A stretch of 63,514 bases of DNA, filler included, from Octopus bimaculoides (GCF_001194135.2; 8 parts of 7 records of this genome joined end to end with filler, not necessarily neighbours in it), one strand, 5' to 3'; shown: positions 39,329-52,076, counted from the first letter of the whole stretch. Notes: generated from the sequence alone by a model not told the origin. A program made the numbers and translations.

Positions 39329-40799
39329 TGCCGTACACTCACATACAGTTACCACCACACATACACACATACGCTACCACGCGCGCACACGCACACACAC
39401 AGTTACTGCCGCACACACACACAGGCTACCATAAGCATACACGGTATCACACACACACACATTCCACTACCACAACACGCACACACGCCGCACACATACG
39501 TAGTTACTGCTACTCACACACGCTACCATACACGCTACCATACACACGCACACACACCTACANNNNNNNNNNNNNNNNNNNNNNNNNNNNNNNNNNNNNN
39601 NNNNNNNNNNNNNNNNNNNNNNNNNNNNNNNNNNNNNNNNNNNNNNNNNNNNNNNNNNNNNNNNNNNNNNNNNNNNNNNNNNNNNNNNNNNNNNNNNNNN
39701 NNNNNNNNNNNNNNNNNNNNNNNNNNNNNNNNNNNNNNNNNNNNNNNNNNNNNNNNNNNNNNNNNNNNNNNNNNNNNNNNNNNNNNNNNNNNNNNNNNNN
39801 NNNNNNNNNNNNNNNNNNNNNNNNNNNNNNNNNNNNNNNNNNNNNNNNNNNNNNNNNNNNNNNNNNNNNNNNNNNNNNNNNNNNNNNNNNNNNNNNNNNN
39901 NNNNNNNNNNNNNNNNNNNNNNNNNNNNNNNNNNNNNNNNNNNNNNNNNNNNNNNNNNNNNNNNNNNNNNNNNNNNNNNNNNNNNNNNNNNNNNNNNNNN
40001 NNNNNNNNNNNNNNNNNNNNNNNNNNNNNNNNNNNNNNNNNNNNNNNNNNNNNNNNNNNNNNNNNNNNNNNNNNNNNNNNNNNNNNNNNNNNNNNNNNNN
40101 NNNNNNNNNNNNNNNNNNNNNNNNNNNNNNNNNNNNNNNNNNNNNNNNNNNNNNNNNNNNNNNNNNNNNNNNNNNNNNNNNNNNNNNNNNNNNNNNNNNN
40201 NNNNNNNNNNNNNNNNNNNNNNNNNNNNNNNNNNNNNNNNNNNNNNNNNNNNNNNNNNNNNNNNNNNNNNNNNNNNNNNNNNNNNNNNNNNNNNNNNNNN
40301 NNNNNNNNNNTATATATGCATACATACACACACATATATGTAGATATACCTTTCTTGTATTTTGCTTGATATAATAGGATTTGGTTTATATCTTTGTTTT
40401 ATTGAAGGTATATGCGTAAATAGTTATATGAGTGTATGTGTATGTGTGCGTGTGTGTATTTATATATGTGTGTGTGAGTATATATTTATATATATATTAT
40501 TGCGATCATATATATATATACCTCTTAAAAGGGTGTTAGCATCCAAATTCCCCAGTTTTTATCCAGTGTATCGGTGAAGTACTAAAAAAGTTGTTAGCCA
40601 TGCTAATTCCTACAAAATTGGAATGATTCGCAACCATCTTTGTGTGGATGAAATTCTTCAAATTTTAACTCCTAAACAGTAAGAGGGAGAGTAGGTTGTT
40701 TGTGTGTATGCCTATAAATATTGGTTTAAAAACTAAAGTTAAATTAAAAGTTACTAAAAATATAAATTAATTATCTAGTAGATATAAGTTGATATCTTT

Positions 40800-40925
40800 T
40801 ACTCTTTTACTCTTTTACTTGTTTCAGTCATTGGACTGCAGCCATGCTGGAGCACCGCCTTTAGTCGAGCAAATCGACCCCCAGGACTTATTCTTTGTAA
40901 GCTTAGTACTTATTCTATCGGTCTT
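40800..40925 (-). mobile_element. Family A SINE 3' end
   Basis: (ACTCTTTT)n ACTTGTTTCAGTCATTGGACTGCAGCCATGCTGGAGCACCGCCTTTAGTCGAGC. Confidence 0.8.
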
Positions 40926-41426
40926 TTAAATAAAAAATCTTAATTATAATTAAGATAAATAATAATATCAATATCAAGTTAAATATATACTAATTGGATA
41001 ATAGATATAATTTCGTAAATATTAGTGAATTCCTCGAATGTCATCTTTTTGTATTCTCTTATTATAATAAAAGATATATTGAACACAAATCTTGATGACG
41101 TAAAATGCAGCTATAGTATCATAGAAAGCAGATTGTATCTGCCATAGGTAAACAATAACTTTTTTAATTGCTAAATAAAAATAAGTGCTTAATGATTAAA
41201 AATAGCAGTTATGACTAAGTGACTTGGATAATAATTCTTAATTAACTAAAAAATTTTTACCAGCATATCATTCTCTCACAAATAATAATTAAAATTTAGG
41301 AATAAATTGGTTTACTTACCGTTGACCTTAACGATATGTAATATTTATGTAAATCTAACTGTTCATTTGTTTTTCAAATATATTAACACGCACACGCACA
41401 CAAATAAGATAAATAATGACGATGAA

Positions 41427-41496
<70 letters not shown>

Positions 41497-41657
41497 GTAA
41501 TAATAATGATAAAAACAAAATTGCATACACACACAAAACGGCTTTTATTAAAATATTAACATATAGATGCGCGCATAACTAAATGAATGTTAATACGCTG
41601 AATCTGTCAATGATCAATTAATCCATTGAGATGTAACTCCTTTTTATATCGATTTCT

Positions 41658-41749
41658 AACCCTGATGAAGTATTCAATTAACTATATTCAAATGCATCTT
41701 AGTTTAATTTTGTTATTTGAATAATTGAGTGTGGAAACAATTGTAGGTT
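41658..41749 (+). ncRNA. Type I hammerhead ribozyme motif with extended stem II
   Basis: AACC-CTGATGA-[AGTATTCAATT..TATTCAAAT..ATTTGAATA..AATTGAGTGTG]-GAAAC-AATT-GTA-GGTT; palindromic loop III. Confidence 0.75.
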
Positions 41750-42030
41750 GTGAAGAATTGAGATTAATTGTACTTAGAGTTCTATTAATAAATTGATGTC
41801 TAACTGTTGATTTCTCCATTTTCTTTTCTTAAATGTACGTATGTATATATATACGTACATTGTTGTTTACACCACCTGTCCTCGTCTGTTGTTGTTTTCT
41901 TTCGTACATTCTCCCATATATATATATATANNNNNNNNNNNNNNNNNNNNNNNNNNNNNNNNNNNNNNNNNNNNTTAATTAATTAANNNNNNNNNNNNNN
42001 NNNNNNNNNNNNNNNNNNNNNNNNNNNNNN

Positions 42031-42063
<33 letters not shown>

Positions 42064-42212
42064 CACACACACACATACTTTTTACTTGTTTCAATTATAG
42101 GGCTACGTCCATCGTGAGGTACCATCTGGAAGAATTCAGTTGAATTAGGTGCTTAAGTTAAAGCACCAAGTCATTCCGGTATTATCCGCACAGCTCGAAG
42201 TAAGGTGAATAA

Positions 42213-42354
42213 AATCAAAATTAGCAACAGGATATCAAGAAGTGATGCAGTACGACCGTTTCAAGCGACTCCATTTAATTTATCAATGCAATAATTATAT
42301 CAATTCAAATGCAGGGCTATCATCACTTCTTGATATCCTGTTACTTATTCTGAT

Positions 42355-42355
<1 letters not shown>
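42213..42355. repeat. Foldback copy of the 30.2 kb hammerhead repeat: perfect 22 bp arms (42226-42247 / 42321-42342); CUGAAGA box deleted
   Basis: Shares AGTGATGCAGTACGACCGTTTCAAG with 30213-30237; arms AACAGGATATCAAGAAGTGATG / CATCACTTCTTGATATCCTGTT. Confidence 0.85.
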
Positions 42356-42385
<30 letters not shown>

Positions 42386-44284
42386 CTGTGTGTATGTATG
42401 TATGTATGTATGCACGTGTAGGTTTTTCATGTGTGTGTATATATAATATCGACAAACCACAAACTTCAAAATTGCCGACCCCTTGCTTCAATTTGAAACA
42501 TATTTCTAAAAAGGTGGATTGCGTTTTAAGGTAAAGTTGGCTGCTATTTCTAGCATGAGCTACTTCTTTAGCATCCACATAATGTTTTCCTTTGTTTCAA
42601 GAGAGGCTGTTGTAGAAATATATTCGACCGAAACAAAANNNNNNNNNNNNNNNNNNNNNNNNNNNNNNNNNNNNNNNNNNNNNNNNNNNNNNNNNNNNNN
42701 NNNNNNNNNNNNNNNNNNNNNNNNNNNNNNNNNNNNNNNNNNNNNNNNNNNNNNNNNNNNNNNNNNNNNNNNNNNNNNNNNNNNNNNNNNNNNNNNNNNN
42801 NNNNNNNNNNNNNNNNNNNNNNNNNNNNNNNNNNNNNNNNNNNNNNNNNNNNNNNNNNNNNNNNNNNNNNNNNNNNNNNNNNNNNNNNNNNNNNNNNNNN
42901 NNNNNNNNNNNNNNNNNNNNNNNNNNNNNNNNNNNNNNNNNNNNNNNNNNNNNNNNNNNNNNNNNNNNNNNNNNNNNNNNNNNNNNNNNNNNNNNNNNNN
43001 NNNNNNNNNNNNNNNNNNNNNNNNNNNNNNNNNNNNNNNNNNNNNNNNNNNNNNNNNNNNNNNNNNNNNNNNNNNNNNNNNNNNNNNNNNNNNNNNNNNN
43101 NNNNNNNNNNNNNNNNNNNNNNNNNNNNNNNNNNNNNNNNNNNNNNNNNNNNNNNNNNNNNNNNNNNNNNNNNNNNNNNNNNNNNNNNNNNNNNNNNNNN
43201 NNNNNNNNNNNNNNNNNNNNNNNNNNNNNNNNNNNNNNNNNNNNNNNNNNNNNNNNNNNNNNNNNNNNNNNNNNNNNNNNNNNNNNNNNNNNNNNNNNNN
43301 NNNNNNNNNNNNNNNNNNNNNNNNNNNNNNNNNNNNNNNNNNNNNNNNNNNNNNNNNNNNNNNNNNNNNNNNNNNNNNNNNNNNNNNNNNNNNNNNGGGG
43401 AGAATGCTCCTCTTTCTCGCTCTTCCTCACTCTCCCTTACTTTTCTTTCCTTTAACATATATATGCGTGTGTGTATACAAACATATATACACACATACAT
43501 ATGTACTCATATATATATACAAATGTATATATATACATACGCATATATATGCATAAATATGTTTGTATACATACACACACACATATACATACATACAACT
43601 ATATAGAAGCACACATATAAACAGGTATAAAAACACATATATACATACACAGATACAAAGGCACGTACGCACCTACACACATACACCCACATACACACAT
43701 ACCACCACACACACACATACACATGAAGGTAGGGAGGAGAGTGGAAAGATAATTTCAGCTACATTTGCCGCAACATCTATACTTGAGGAAACATCAGATT
43801 GAAAAACTCCCTACAGACGTATGTTTTGCGTATGAAGGTAAAAATTATGTGAAAGCTTCATTGGATTTACAGATGTTGTTATTTGATAATACTTTCTGAT
43901 GAGCTATGCAATGATGTGATTAATACAGTTCAAACAGTTTCAAATTGAAAGCAAATCAACTTGAGAGACGTGTGATACCACATACATATAACAATGTCAC
44001 CTCTAACTATGCTACCTACTTTGCAAGTATTTCATTGTTCTCTACTCTGTGTTTTCTCTAGCGTTCTCTTATACGATGTGTGTGTGTGTGTGTGTGTGTT
44101 TGAAAATCCCTTCATAATGAAGGCGTAGAAGAATAACTGTGAAAGTGTGGATACAATACTAGATTACCAAACCAAAGACTTTGCGTTCAAATATAACTAC
44201 AAGTGTTCCCTAAAATTTGAAAGCTTCTTCGCCGATTATCTCCCTCACCAACAAAAAAAAATTTGGGAGACTCTCAACTACAGT

Positions 44285-44520
44285 GCAAGTGACGGGTTGC
44301 CACTCTACGTTTTGAGTTCAATTTCCACTGAGATCGAATTCGTTTTTCATCCTGTTGTGGGTGGATAAAATAAGTACCATCAGGTAATATAGTCAGTGAA
44401 ATCAGTAAACCCCATATTCCCCTAACTTCAGGCCTTGAATCTATAGTAGAAGGATTGGAGTCGATGCAATTGACTTACCCACTCCCATCAAATTATTAAC
44501 CTGGTGCCCAAATAGAAAGA
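44285..44520 (+). mobile_element. Family B SINE (diverged)
   Basis: TTGAGTTCAATTTCC...TTTTCATCCT...GATAAAATAAGTACC. Confidence 0.65.
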
Positions 44521-45411
44521 GAACACGATTAACTGTGGTATTCGGAGAAGAATTCTTTTGCAGAATCCTTGCAAGAGATTACACGGCCTAAAAGCGTATC
44601 AGAATAACAGCTGGTGCTTTTCCCACCTGGTTACGCACTAACAACCAAGGAATGGGTACAATAGATGCGGCGGTCTTCCTATCAGTTTCTGTAAACCCAT
44701 ATTCAATTCACATGAATCAAATGTAAAACATGCTTGCTTAAGTTGGCGCTGAATAGCTGTCGAATCTGAGATGACAGAATTGCGAAGTGAACATTCAACT
44801 CCACAACAAAAAAGATCTCAACACAAACACACAAAAATGTTAAACGAAAGAAACAATTACGCGAATTGTAAAACATGAAATATGAATAGGAAACATTCTG
44901 CTGTTGCCTTAATGTCAATTTAAGGGAACTGCCGAAAATAAATAGAGTAAAAAATTAGAAATCAAAAAAAGTGGAATCGGCTGATGTCAGCAAAATCCAG
45001 TTCAATGAATGTTCCTATTATCCACAACCATCTCTGATTCTCCGACCAAGGATCATTCATGAAAGTTTATAGATTTGTTTCCATTTTCTCAAAACATGTC
45101 ACTTATGAGGTAGTTCCTTTTTTCTCTGCTATGGTCGTAGTAACAGTTTGTATCGGTGTGACAGATAATTCTTTTATCGATATACTCATTTCTATTCTGG
45201 TGTCCGGAAATGGATTGTTGCGATCATGCTGCACAGCCTCCAGAAGCCGCGGTGCGTTGGTTCATACTGACGCCCAACGCCTTGTTCAATCTATTTTTAT
45301 TTTATCGAATATATGTACGCATGCGTGCAGTGTCAATTTTTCCCTCCCTTACATGTTGTACAAGCACACCCACACACATATATATATACACACGTTATAT
45401 GTGTGTGCGAA

Positions 45412-45448
<37 letters not shown>

Positions 45449-45559
45449 NNNNNNNNNNNNNNNNNNNNNNNNNNNNNNNNNNNNNNNNNNNNTTAATTAA
45501 TTAANNNNNNNNNNNNNNNNNNNNNNNNNNNNNNNNNNNNNNNNNNNNTATATATATAT

Positions 45560-45735
45560 ACAATTAATAATATCAAGGGTAATAAGAAATATTAGAAATT
45601 TCTACGACCAGTGGCCTAATGTGTAAAAATTTAGTCCATGGACTATATATCATTCATATAATTACAGTGTATATTTAAACACATAAGAGGTATCCATCAT
45701 AGAATTCCTTGCACGCTAGAATAAACGGCTAAGTT
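45560..45735 (+). repeat. Distant relative of the 2230-2380 segment
   Basis: AAGGGTA...ACCAGTGGCCTA...ATAAGAGG...ATTCCT...GCTAGAA landmarks in the same order; aligned by eye. Confidence 0.45.
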
Positions 45736-46049
45736 CTAAACCGTTCAACATCATCAACGTCTATAGCAGCACCACGGTCAGAACTATTACTACCACCCCC
45801 ACCACCACCATTACAACCGCCACTACGACAGACACCACAATTACCACTATAACCACAACCAACACCATCAACATCATCAACACCACTGCCACTACCACCA
45901 CCACCAAAATTACTACTACTCCTACAACCACCACCACCACCACCACCACCACCGTTACCAAGAGCACCAACACTATATCCGCTAATACCAAAACGCTACA
46001 AGTACTAGCCACACTATACTATCACCACCACCACCATATATATACACAT

Positions 46050-46354
46050 ACAATTTTTTAAGTGAGCTTCTTCTAGCATGTTGACAGACCGGTCACTGGT
46101 CAATCTTATATACACAAGTACTATAATCTTTTTAGGATATCGAAAATTTTTTTTCATGAACCTTCTGATTCTTTTAATGTGCTAGTTTCCTGGTATTAAA
46201 TTGATATTAATTAATATCGAATTTTTACCATATTATGTTAATTAACCATAATCACATTTCTCAAAGTTGGTAAATTCAAAGCAGAAATTATTTTCTGCAG
46301 AGATATTTTCCGGATTCAGCGCGCCAAAACTAAGACTTTTGAATTTTAATCTTT
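46050..46354 (-). repeat. Relative of the 2.2-2.7 kb hammerhead element, circularly permuted
   Basis: Minus strand carries the spacer homologue (TTCAAA.GTCTT...TGGCGCGCT.A.TCCGGAAA) followed by the 2230-2300 homologue and the arm-start homologue. Confidence 0.65.
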
Positions 46355-47149
46355 NNNNNNNNNNNNNNNNNNNNNNNNNNNNNNNNNNNNNNNNNNNNNN
46401 NNNNNNNNNNNNNNNNNNNNNNNNNNNNNNNNNNNNNNNNNNNNNNNNNNNNNNNNNNNNNNNNNNNNNNNNNNNNNNNNNNNNNNNNNNNNNNNNNNNN
46501 NNNNNNNNNNNNNNNNNNNNNNNNNNNNNNNNNNNNNNNNNNNNNNNNNNNNNNNNNNNNNNNNNNNNNNNNNNNNNNNNNNNNNNNNNNNNNNNNNNNN
46601 NNNNNNNNNNNNNNNNNNNNNNNNNNNNNNNNNNNNNNNNNNNNNNNNNNNNNNNNNNNNNNNNNNNNNNNNNNNNNNNNNNNNNNNNNNNNNNNNNNNN
46701 NNNNNNNNNNNNNNNNNNNNNNNNNNNNNNNNNNNNNNNNNNNNNNNNNNNNNNNNNNNNNNNNNNNNNNNNNNNNNNNNNNNNNNNNNNNNNNNNNNNN
46801 NNNNNNNNNNNNNNNNNNNNNNNNNNNNNNNNNNNNNNNNNNNNNNNNNNNNNNNNNNNNNNNNNNNNNNNNNNNNNNNNNNNNNNNNNNNNNNNNNNNN
46901 NNNNNNNNNNNNNNNNNNNNNNNNNNNNNNNNNNNNNNNNNNNNNNNNNNNNNNNNNNNNNNNNNNNNNNNNNNNNNNNNNNNNNNNNNNNNNNNNNNNN
47001 NNNNNNNNNNNNNNNNNNNNNNNNNNNNNNNNNNNNNNNNNNNNNNNNNNNNNNNNNNNNNNNNNNNNNNNNNNNNNNNNNNNNNNNNNNNNNNNNNNNN
47101 NNNNNNNNNNNNNNNNNNNNNNNNNNNNNNNNNNNNNNNNNNNNNNNNN

Positions 47150-47229
<80 letters not shown>

Positions 47230-47239
47230 CCTCCATCTA

Positions 47240-47830
47240 TCTCTCTACAATGCATTGACGATACTACAACGAAAATATTCCCAATTAAGAGCGAATTTCT
47301 CAGCTGCTTCGCCAACTCTTCTCTAACCAACTCATATTTGCTCATCTATTGCATTCTTTACTCGCCCCCTGATCTACTACCCTCTACTCTTCCTTCCGTG
47401 GTAATGTTTTCCAAACCTCTACTTCTGCTAATATGGCCATAGTAAATGAGCTTTGTTTTTTTTTTCAAAATGTTCAGGTGTTATCTTTCACCTACTTGTA
47501 ACATTCATTGAAAGGATGTTCCTTCTAAGAGACTCGTAACATTCTCCCATTCATCAACATTTCAAATGCATTATGTTCTCTTCAAATTTGTTCCGCAACA
47601 ATAAATGTCTATTGACCAAATGAGAGATCGCACTTGCTCTGTTTTTAACTTAGTTGCGAAACATTTGCTACTCCAAACATAAGCTTTTCCATGGACGTTC
47701 TTGTTATGGCTAGCCGTGTCCTAATTTCTTTCTTATATGTGGTTTCATCAGATATATTTGGGCTCGAAGATACTTGTACAATTCACAACCTGCTCTGTGC
47801 GATACTTCTAGCCAACCGATGGCGTTTTAC
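47240..47830 (-). mobile_element. RTE-type LINE 3' coding fragment, decayed
   Basis: KEIRTRLAI...NAFEML..RMLRVS...KLIYYGHISR..GLENI.EGRVEG. Confidence 0.7.
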
Positions 47831-47856
47831 GTTTTGAAGTGCCCCGGTTTCTAGTG

Positions 47857-47910
<54 letters not shown>

Positions 47911-48589
47911 TTATGTATGTGTATGTATGTACGTACGTATGTATTAATACAGGCGTGGGTATGTGGTAAGAAGCTTGCCACGAATATTACATTGCGCCTA
48001 GCTGTTTATATTAATTTCTATGCTTGTATGTGTATTTATGAATATAAATATATATCAAAATCATGAAAATGAGCAAGAATACTCCGAAAATACTCTACTT
48101 ACCAGAAAAAATTGTTTCAGCTACCTAGCAGACCCGTTTCTAGGCTAGGCGCAAAACTTTTCCTACACCCCTCGTACATACATACATACATACATACATA
48201 CATACACATATATATGGCTGTTTGGTTAAGCTCGCTTTCCAGCGATGTGGATACAGGTTCAGTCCACCTGCGCCGCACCTTCAGCAAAGTTCTTCTATTA
48301 TATCCCCAGATCGACTAATGACTTTTGAGTTAATTTGGTAGAAGGAAACTCTGTTGCTGCATCACTTTAGCACCAGTGTAGATTTGTTTACGTCTCCGTA
48401 ACTTAGCAGTTCGACAAATGTGGCTGACAGAATAAGAGAAAGAACCAAACTTCATGGAGTATTAAGAGTAAGAACTAGAATTAAAAGATTAAATGCTGCA
48501 GTCTAATTAACTTCAAAGCGGAGCCCCAGCATGGCCGCAGTCCAGTGAAAGAAAATAGTAAAATATATTGGTTAAAACACGCCTAATAT

Positions 48590-49010
48590 TGGCTTCAAAT
48601 CTTGGCAGAAGACCAGCGCTTTCGGGGAAGGGGGTTAGACGATTACATGGACCCCGATGTTCAACTGGTACTTATTTTAACGAACCCGAAAGGATGAAGG
48701 ACACATTCAACATGGGTGGAATTTGAACTCAGAACGTCCCGTGTGCTAAAAGACTCTACAATCTCGTCGTCTTAAACATGCTTAATATTCTTTCCTATTC
48801 TAGGCACAAGGCCCGAAATTTGGGGAGGGGGAGCACCAGTCGATTAGATCGACTCCAGTACGCAACTGGTACTTAATCTATAGACCCCGAAAGGATGAAA
48901 GGCAAAGTCGACCTCGGTGGAATTTGAACTCAGAACGTAACGACGGACGAAATACCAATAAGCATTTCGCCCGGTGTGCTAACGTTTCTGCCAGTTCGCC
49001 GCTTTTAAAC
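48590..49010 (-). mobile_element. Two tandem family B SINEs
   Basis: Two copies of AACTGGTACTTA...CCCGAAAGGATGAA...GGAATTTGAACTCAGAACGT. Confidence 0.8.
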
Positions 49011-49348
49011 TTACTTAATATTGGAAATATCTCCTATTCTCCCCTTTAATATGTCCAGAACACATCAATAACTTGTTTGATACTATTTACAGGAATCGAT
49101 AGAATACATTGTGAATGTGTAATTCAGAGTGTGTCAATGAGTGTGCAAACCAGTCACCATTCATTCATAAGCTACAGTTTAGTTCAAATACCCATTCATC
49201 AATCCATACATACAGAGGAATATGTAGTTTACATGTGTAGATGAATGGTTAGAGATTCACATACGTATTCATTTATTCACTTCGAATATACGCGTTTCTG
49301 TGGGGTGTACGAGCGTGTGCGCGAATGTGAGTGCGCGTGTATTTGGTG

Positions 49349-49388
<40 letters not shown>

Positions 49389-49394
49389 GTGAGA

Positions 49395-49545
49395 ATCTTG
49401 TGTGGTAAGAAACTTGCTTCCCAACCACATGGTTCTGGGTTCAATCCCACAGCGTGGCACCTAGGGCAAGTGAGTTCTGCTGTAGCCTCAAGCCGACCAG
49501 AGACTTGTGAGTGGATTTGATAGACTGAAACTGAAAGAATTCTGT
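49395..49545 (+). mobile_element. Family A SINE head
   Basis: GTGTGGTAAGAAACTTGCTTCCCAACCACATGGTTCTGGGTTCAATCCCAC. Confidence 0.8.
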
Positions 49546-49896
49546 CGTACATATATATACATGTATATATATATACATACATACATATATATATATATAT
49601 ACATATATNNNNNNNNNNNNNNNNNNNNNNNNNNNNNNNNNNNNNNNNNNNNNNNNNNNNNNNNNNNNNNNNNNNNNNNNNNNNNNNNNNNNNNNNNNNN
49701 NNNNNNNNNNNNNNNNNNNNNNNNNNNNNNNNNNNNNNNNNNNNNNNNNNNNNNNNNNNNNNNNNNNNNNNNNNNNNNNNNNNNNNNNNNNNNNNNNNNN
49801 NNNNNNNNNNNNNNNNNNNNNNNNNNNNNNNNNNNNNNNNNNNNNNNNNNNNNNNNNNNNNNNNNNNNNNNNNNNNNNNNNNNNNNNNNNNNNNNN

Positions 49897-49932
49897 CTTT
49901 TATCTAAAGCCAGAAACTTTTCGGCACACCCA

Positions 49933-49935
<3 letters not shown>
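49897..49935. mobile_element. Isolated mariner-like TIR next to a gap
   Basis: CTTTATCTAAAGCCAGAAACTTTTCGGCACACCCATA resembles a mariner TIR ending in TA. Confidence 0.4.
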
Positions 49936-50011
<76 letters not shown>

Positions 50012-50199
50012 ACACACACACACATCACACACCCACATACACACAAACACAAGCAGGCGTGCCGTACACAAATGCTCACATAAGTATACACACATACCTC
50101 CCAGACACCCACATGTATTTATTTTAAAGAGCTTTGTTGTGTAAATCCGGAAGAATGCGAGAAGATATAAAGTAAACAACAAAAAGAAAAGCAAACAAA

Positions 50200-50530
50200 A
50201 CAAAATGGTAGTTTTACCTTACGTTTCTATATTTCTGGGATATGACCTTTCTTCAAGACAATTTGGAAAGTTTGGGACGAATAAGTTCATAGCTCAGATG
50301 TGTGGGGAGAAAGAGAGAAGGAAGAGAGAGGAAGGTGGAAGGTGATATGCGCAAACTTGTGTTGCTATAGTAACTAGTCAGCTTCATGTAGTTCTTTCCT
50401 GTTCTTTATTGCTGGTCTCATTTCTTTGATGCGGTGAAGCTCGATGATTCTGAGGCTGCTCCTGTCGCGATGAGTGGCCTTGGTGGATATCTTAAAATCC
50501 TTGGTCTGGCACTTTGAGTGTTTTGTGATA
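50200..50530 (-). mobile_element. Penelope-like endonuclease C-terminus plus pLTR remnant with degenerate hammerhead
   Basis: TKDFKIS...SSLRIIELHRIKEMRPAIKNRKEL at 50380-50530; downstream TTGAAGA..GAAA..GTAAGGT. Confidence 0.5.
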
Positions 50531-50714
50531 GAAGTATATATGTATATGTGTATGTATGTATAATGATGCCTACAAAACAGGCAAAACTAGTCTAGTCTAA
50601 TGATTCTGCAGACAGTCATGAGACAATTACCGCCCCTGTCGGTATATATATCTTGCGCGTTTCTTACAACATTTATAGTTTCTAACTCTTATTTCTAGGC
50701 GCAATGTAATATTC

Positions 50715-51050
50715 CATTGCGTGGCACCTTGGGCAAGTGTCCTTCACTAAAGCCTCGGACCAACAGAAACCGTGTGAGTTGATTTAGTAGACGGAAACTG
50801 AAAGATACCCGTCGCGTTGTATGTATATGTCCACCTGTGTTCTTCTCTGTGTCTATGTTTGTCCCTCACCATGCTTGATCACTTGTGTTGGTTTGTTTAC
50901 GTCCACGTAACTGAACTGTTTGACAAAAAGAGTTGGCTAGATTAAATATTCGCCTTAAAAAATGTACTGGGATCGATTTGCTCAATTAAACCCTTCAAGG
51001 TGGTGCCCCAGCATGGCCGCAGTCTAATGACTAAAACAAGTAAAAAAAGG
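50715..51050 (+). mobile_element. Family A SINE lacking the extreme head
   Basis: GCGTGGCACCTTGGGCAAGTG...CCCCAGCATGGCCGCAGTCTAATGACTAAAACAAGTAAAA. Confidence 0.8.
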
Positions 51051-51160
51051 TTAAAAAATAAAGCATATATATATATATGTGTGTGTGTGTGTGTATACAT
51101 ATATACATATATATGTGAATGTATGTATATATATGTACATATATATATACATATGTATAC

Positions 51161-51194
<34 letters not shown>

Positions 51195-51213
51195 GCACAA
51201 ACACACACAAACA

Positions 51214-51244
<31 letters not shown>

Positions 51245-52038
51245 CACACCACACACACACACACATACACACACACACACATATATATATACACACTGTC
51301 TATGTTGCTATACTCTTTAACTTATTCAAACACTCCTCTTTACGTGTGAAACTTTTATATCCTCCTGTACGGCGGTCATTACCCTCTGCACCGAAATCTC
51401 TACCCGCCCACCCGTCGTTTCTACTCGTCTACCCGTGATAATTTACTCCGATTACCTCCTCCTCCNNNNNNNNNNNNNNNNNNNNNNNNNNNNNNNNNNN
51501 NNNNNNNNNNNNNNNNNNNNNNNNNNNNNNNNNNNNNNNNNNNNNNNNNNNNNNNNNNNNNNNNNNNNNNNNNNNNNNNNNNNNNNNNNNNNNNNNNNNN
51601 NNNNNNNNNNNNNNNNNNNNNNNNNNNNNNNNNNNNNNNNNNNNNNNNNNNNNNNNNNNNNNNNNNNNNNNNNNNNNNNNNNNNNNNNNNNNNNNNNNNN
51701 NNNNNNNNNNNNNNNNNNNNNNNNNNNNNNNNNNNNNNNNNNNNNNNNNNNNNNNNNNNNNNNNNNNNNNNNNNNNNNNNNNNNNNNNNNNNNNNNNNNN
51801 NNNNNNNNNNNNNNNNNNNNNNNNNNNNNNNNNNNNNNNNNNNNNNNNNNNNNNNNNNNNNNNNNNNNNNNNNNNNNNNNNNNNNNNNNNNNNNNNNNNN
51901 NNNNNNNNNNNNNNNNNNNNNNNNNNNNNNNNNNNNNNNNNNNNNNNNNNNNNNNNNNNNNNNNNNATATATATATAAAAATACATGTATTTATGTATGT
52001 ATGTATGTATATATGTGTGTGTCTGTATACAGATATAA

Positions 52039-52076
<38 letters not shown>

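Noticed and set aside
43870-43960. CTGATGAGCT...AGTTCAAACAGTTTC, plus similar partial motifs near 33030-33045 and 41090-41140
   Set aside because: The GAAA box or stem III is missing, so these are too degenerate to call hammerheads.
45059-45300. CpG-containing ORF region, including a minus-strand THRGFWRLC (claudin-like GLWxxC) string
   Set aside because: An in-frame stop follows without a usable donor, and a single short motif is insufficient.
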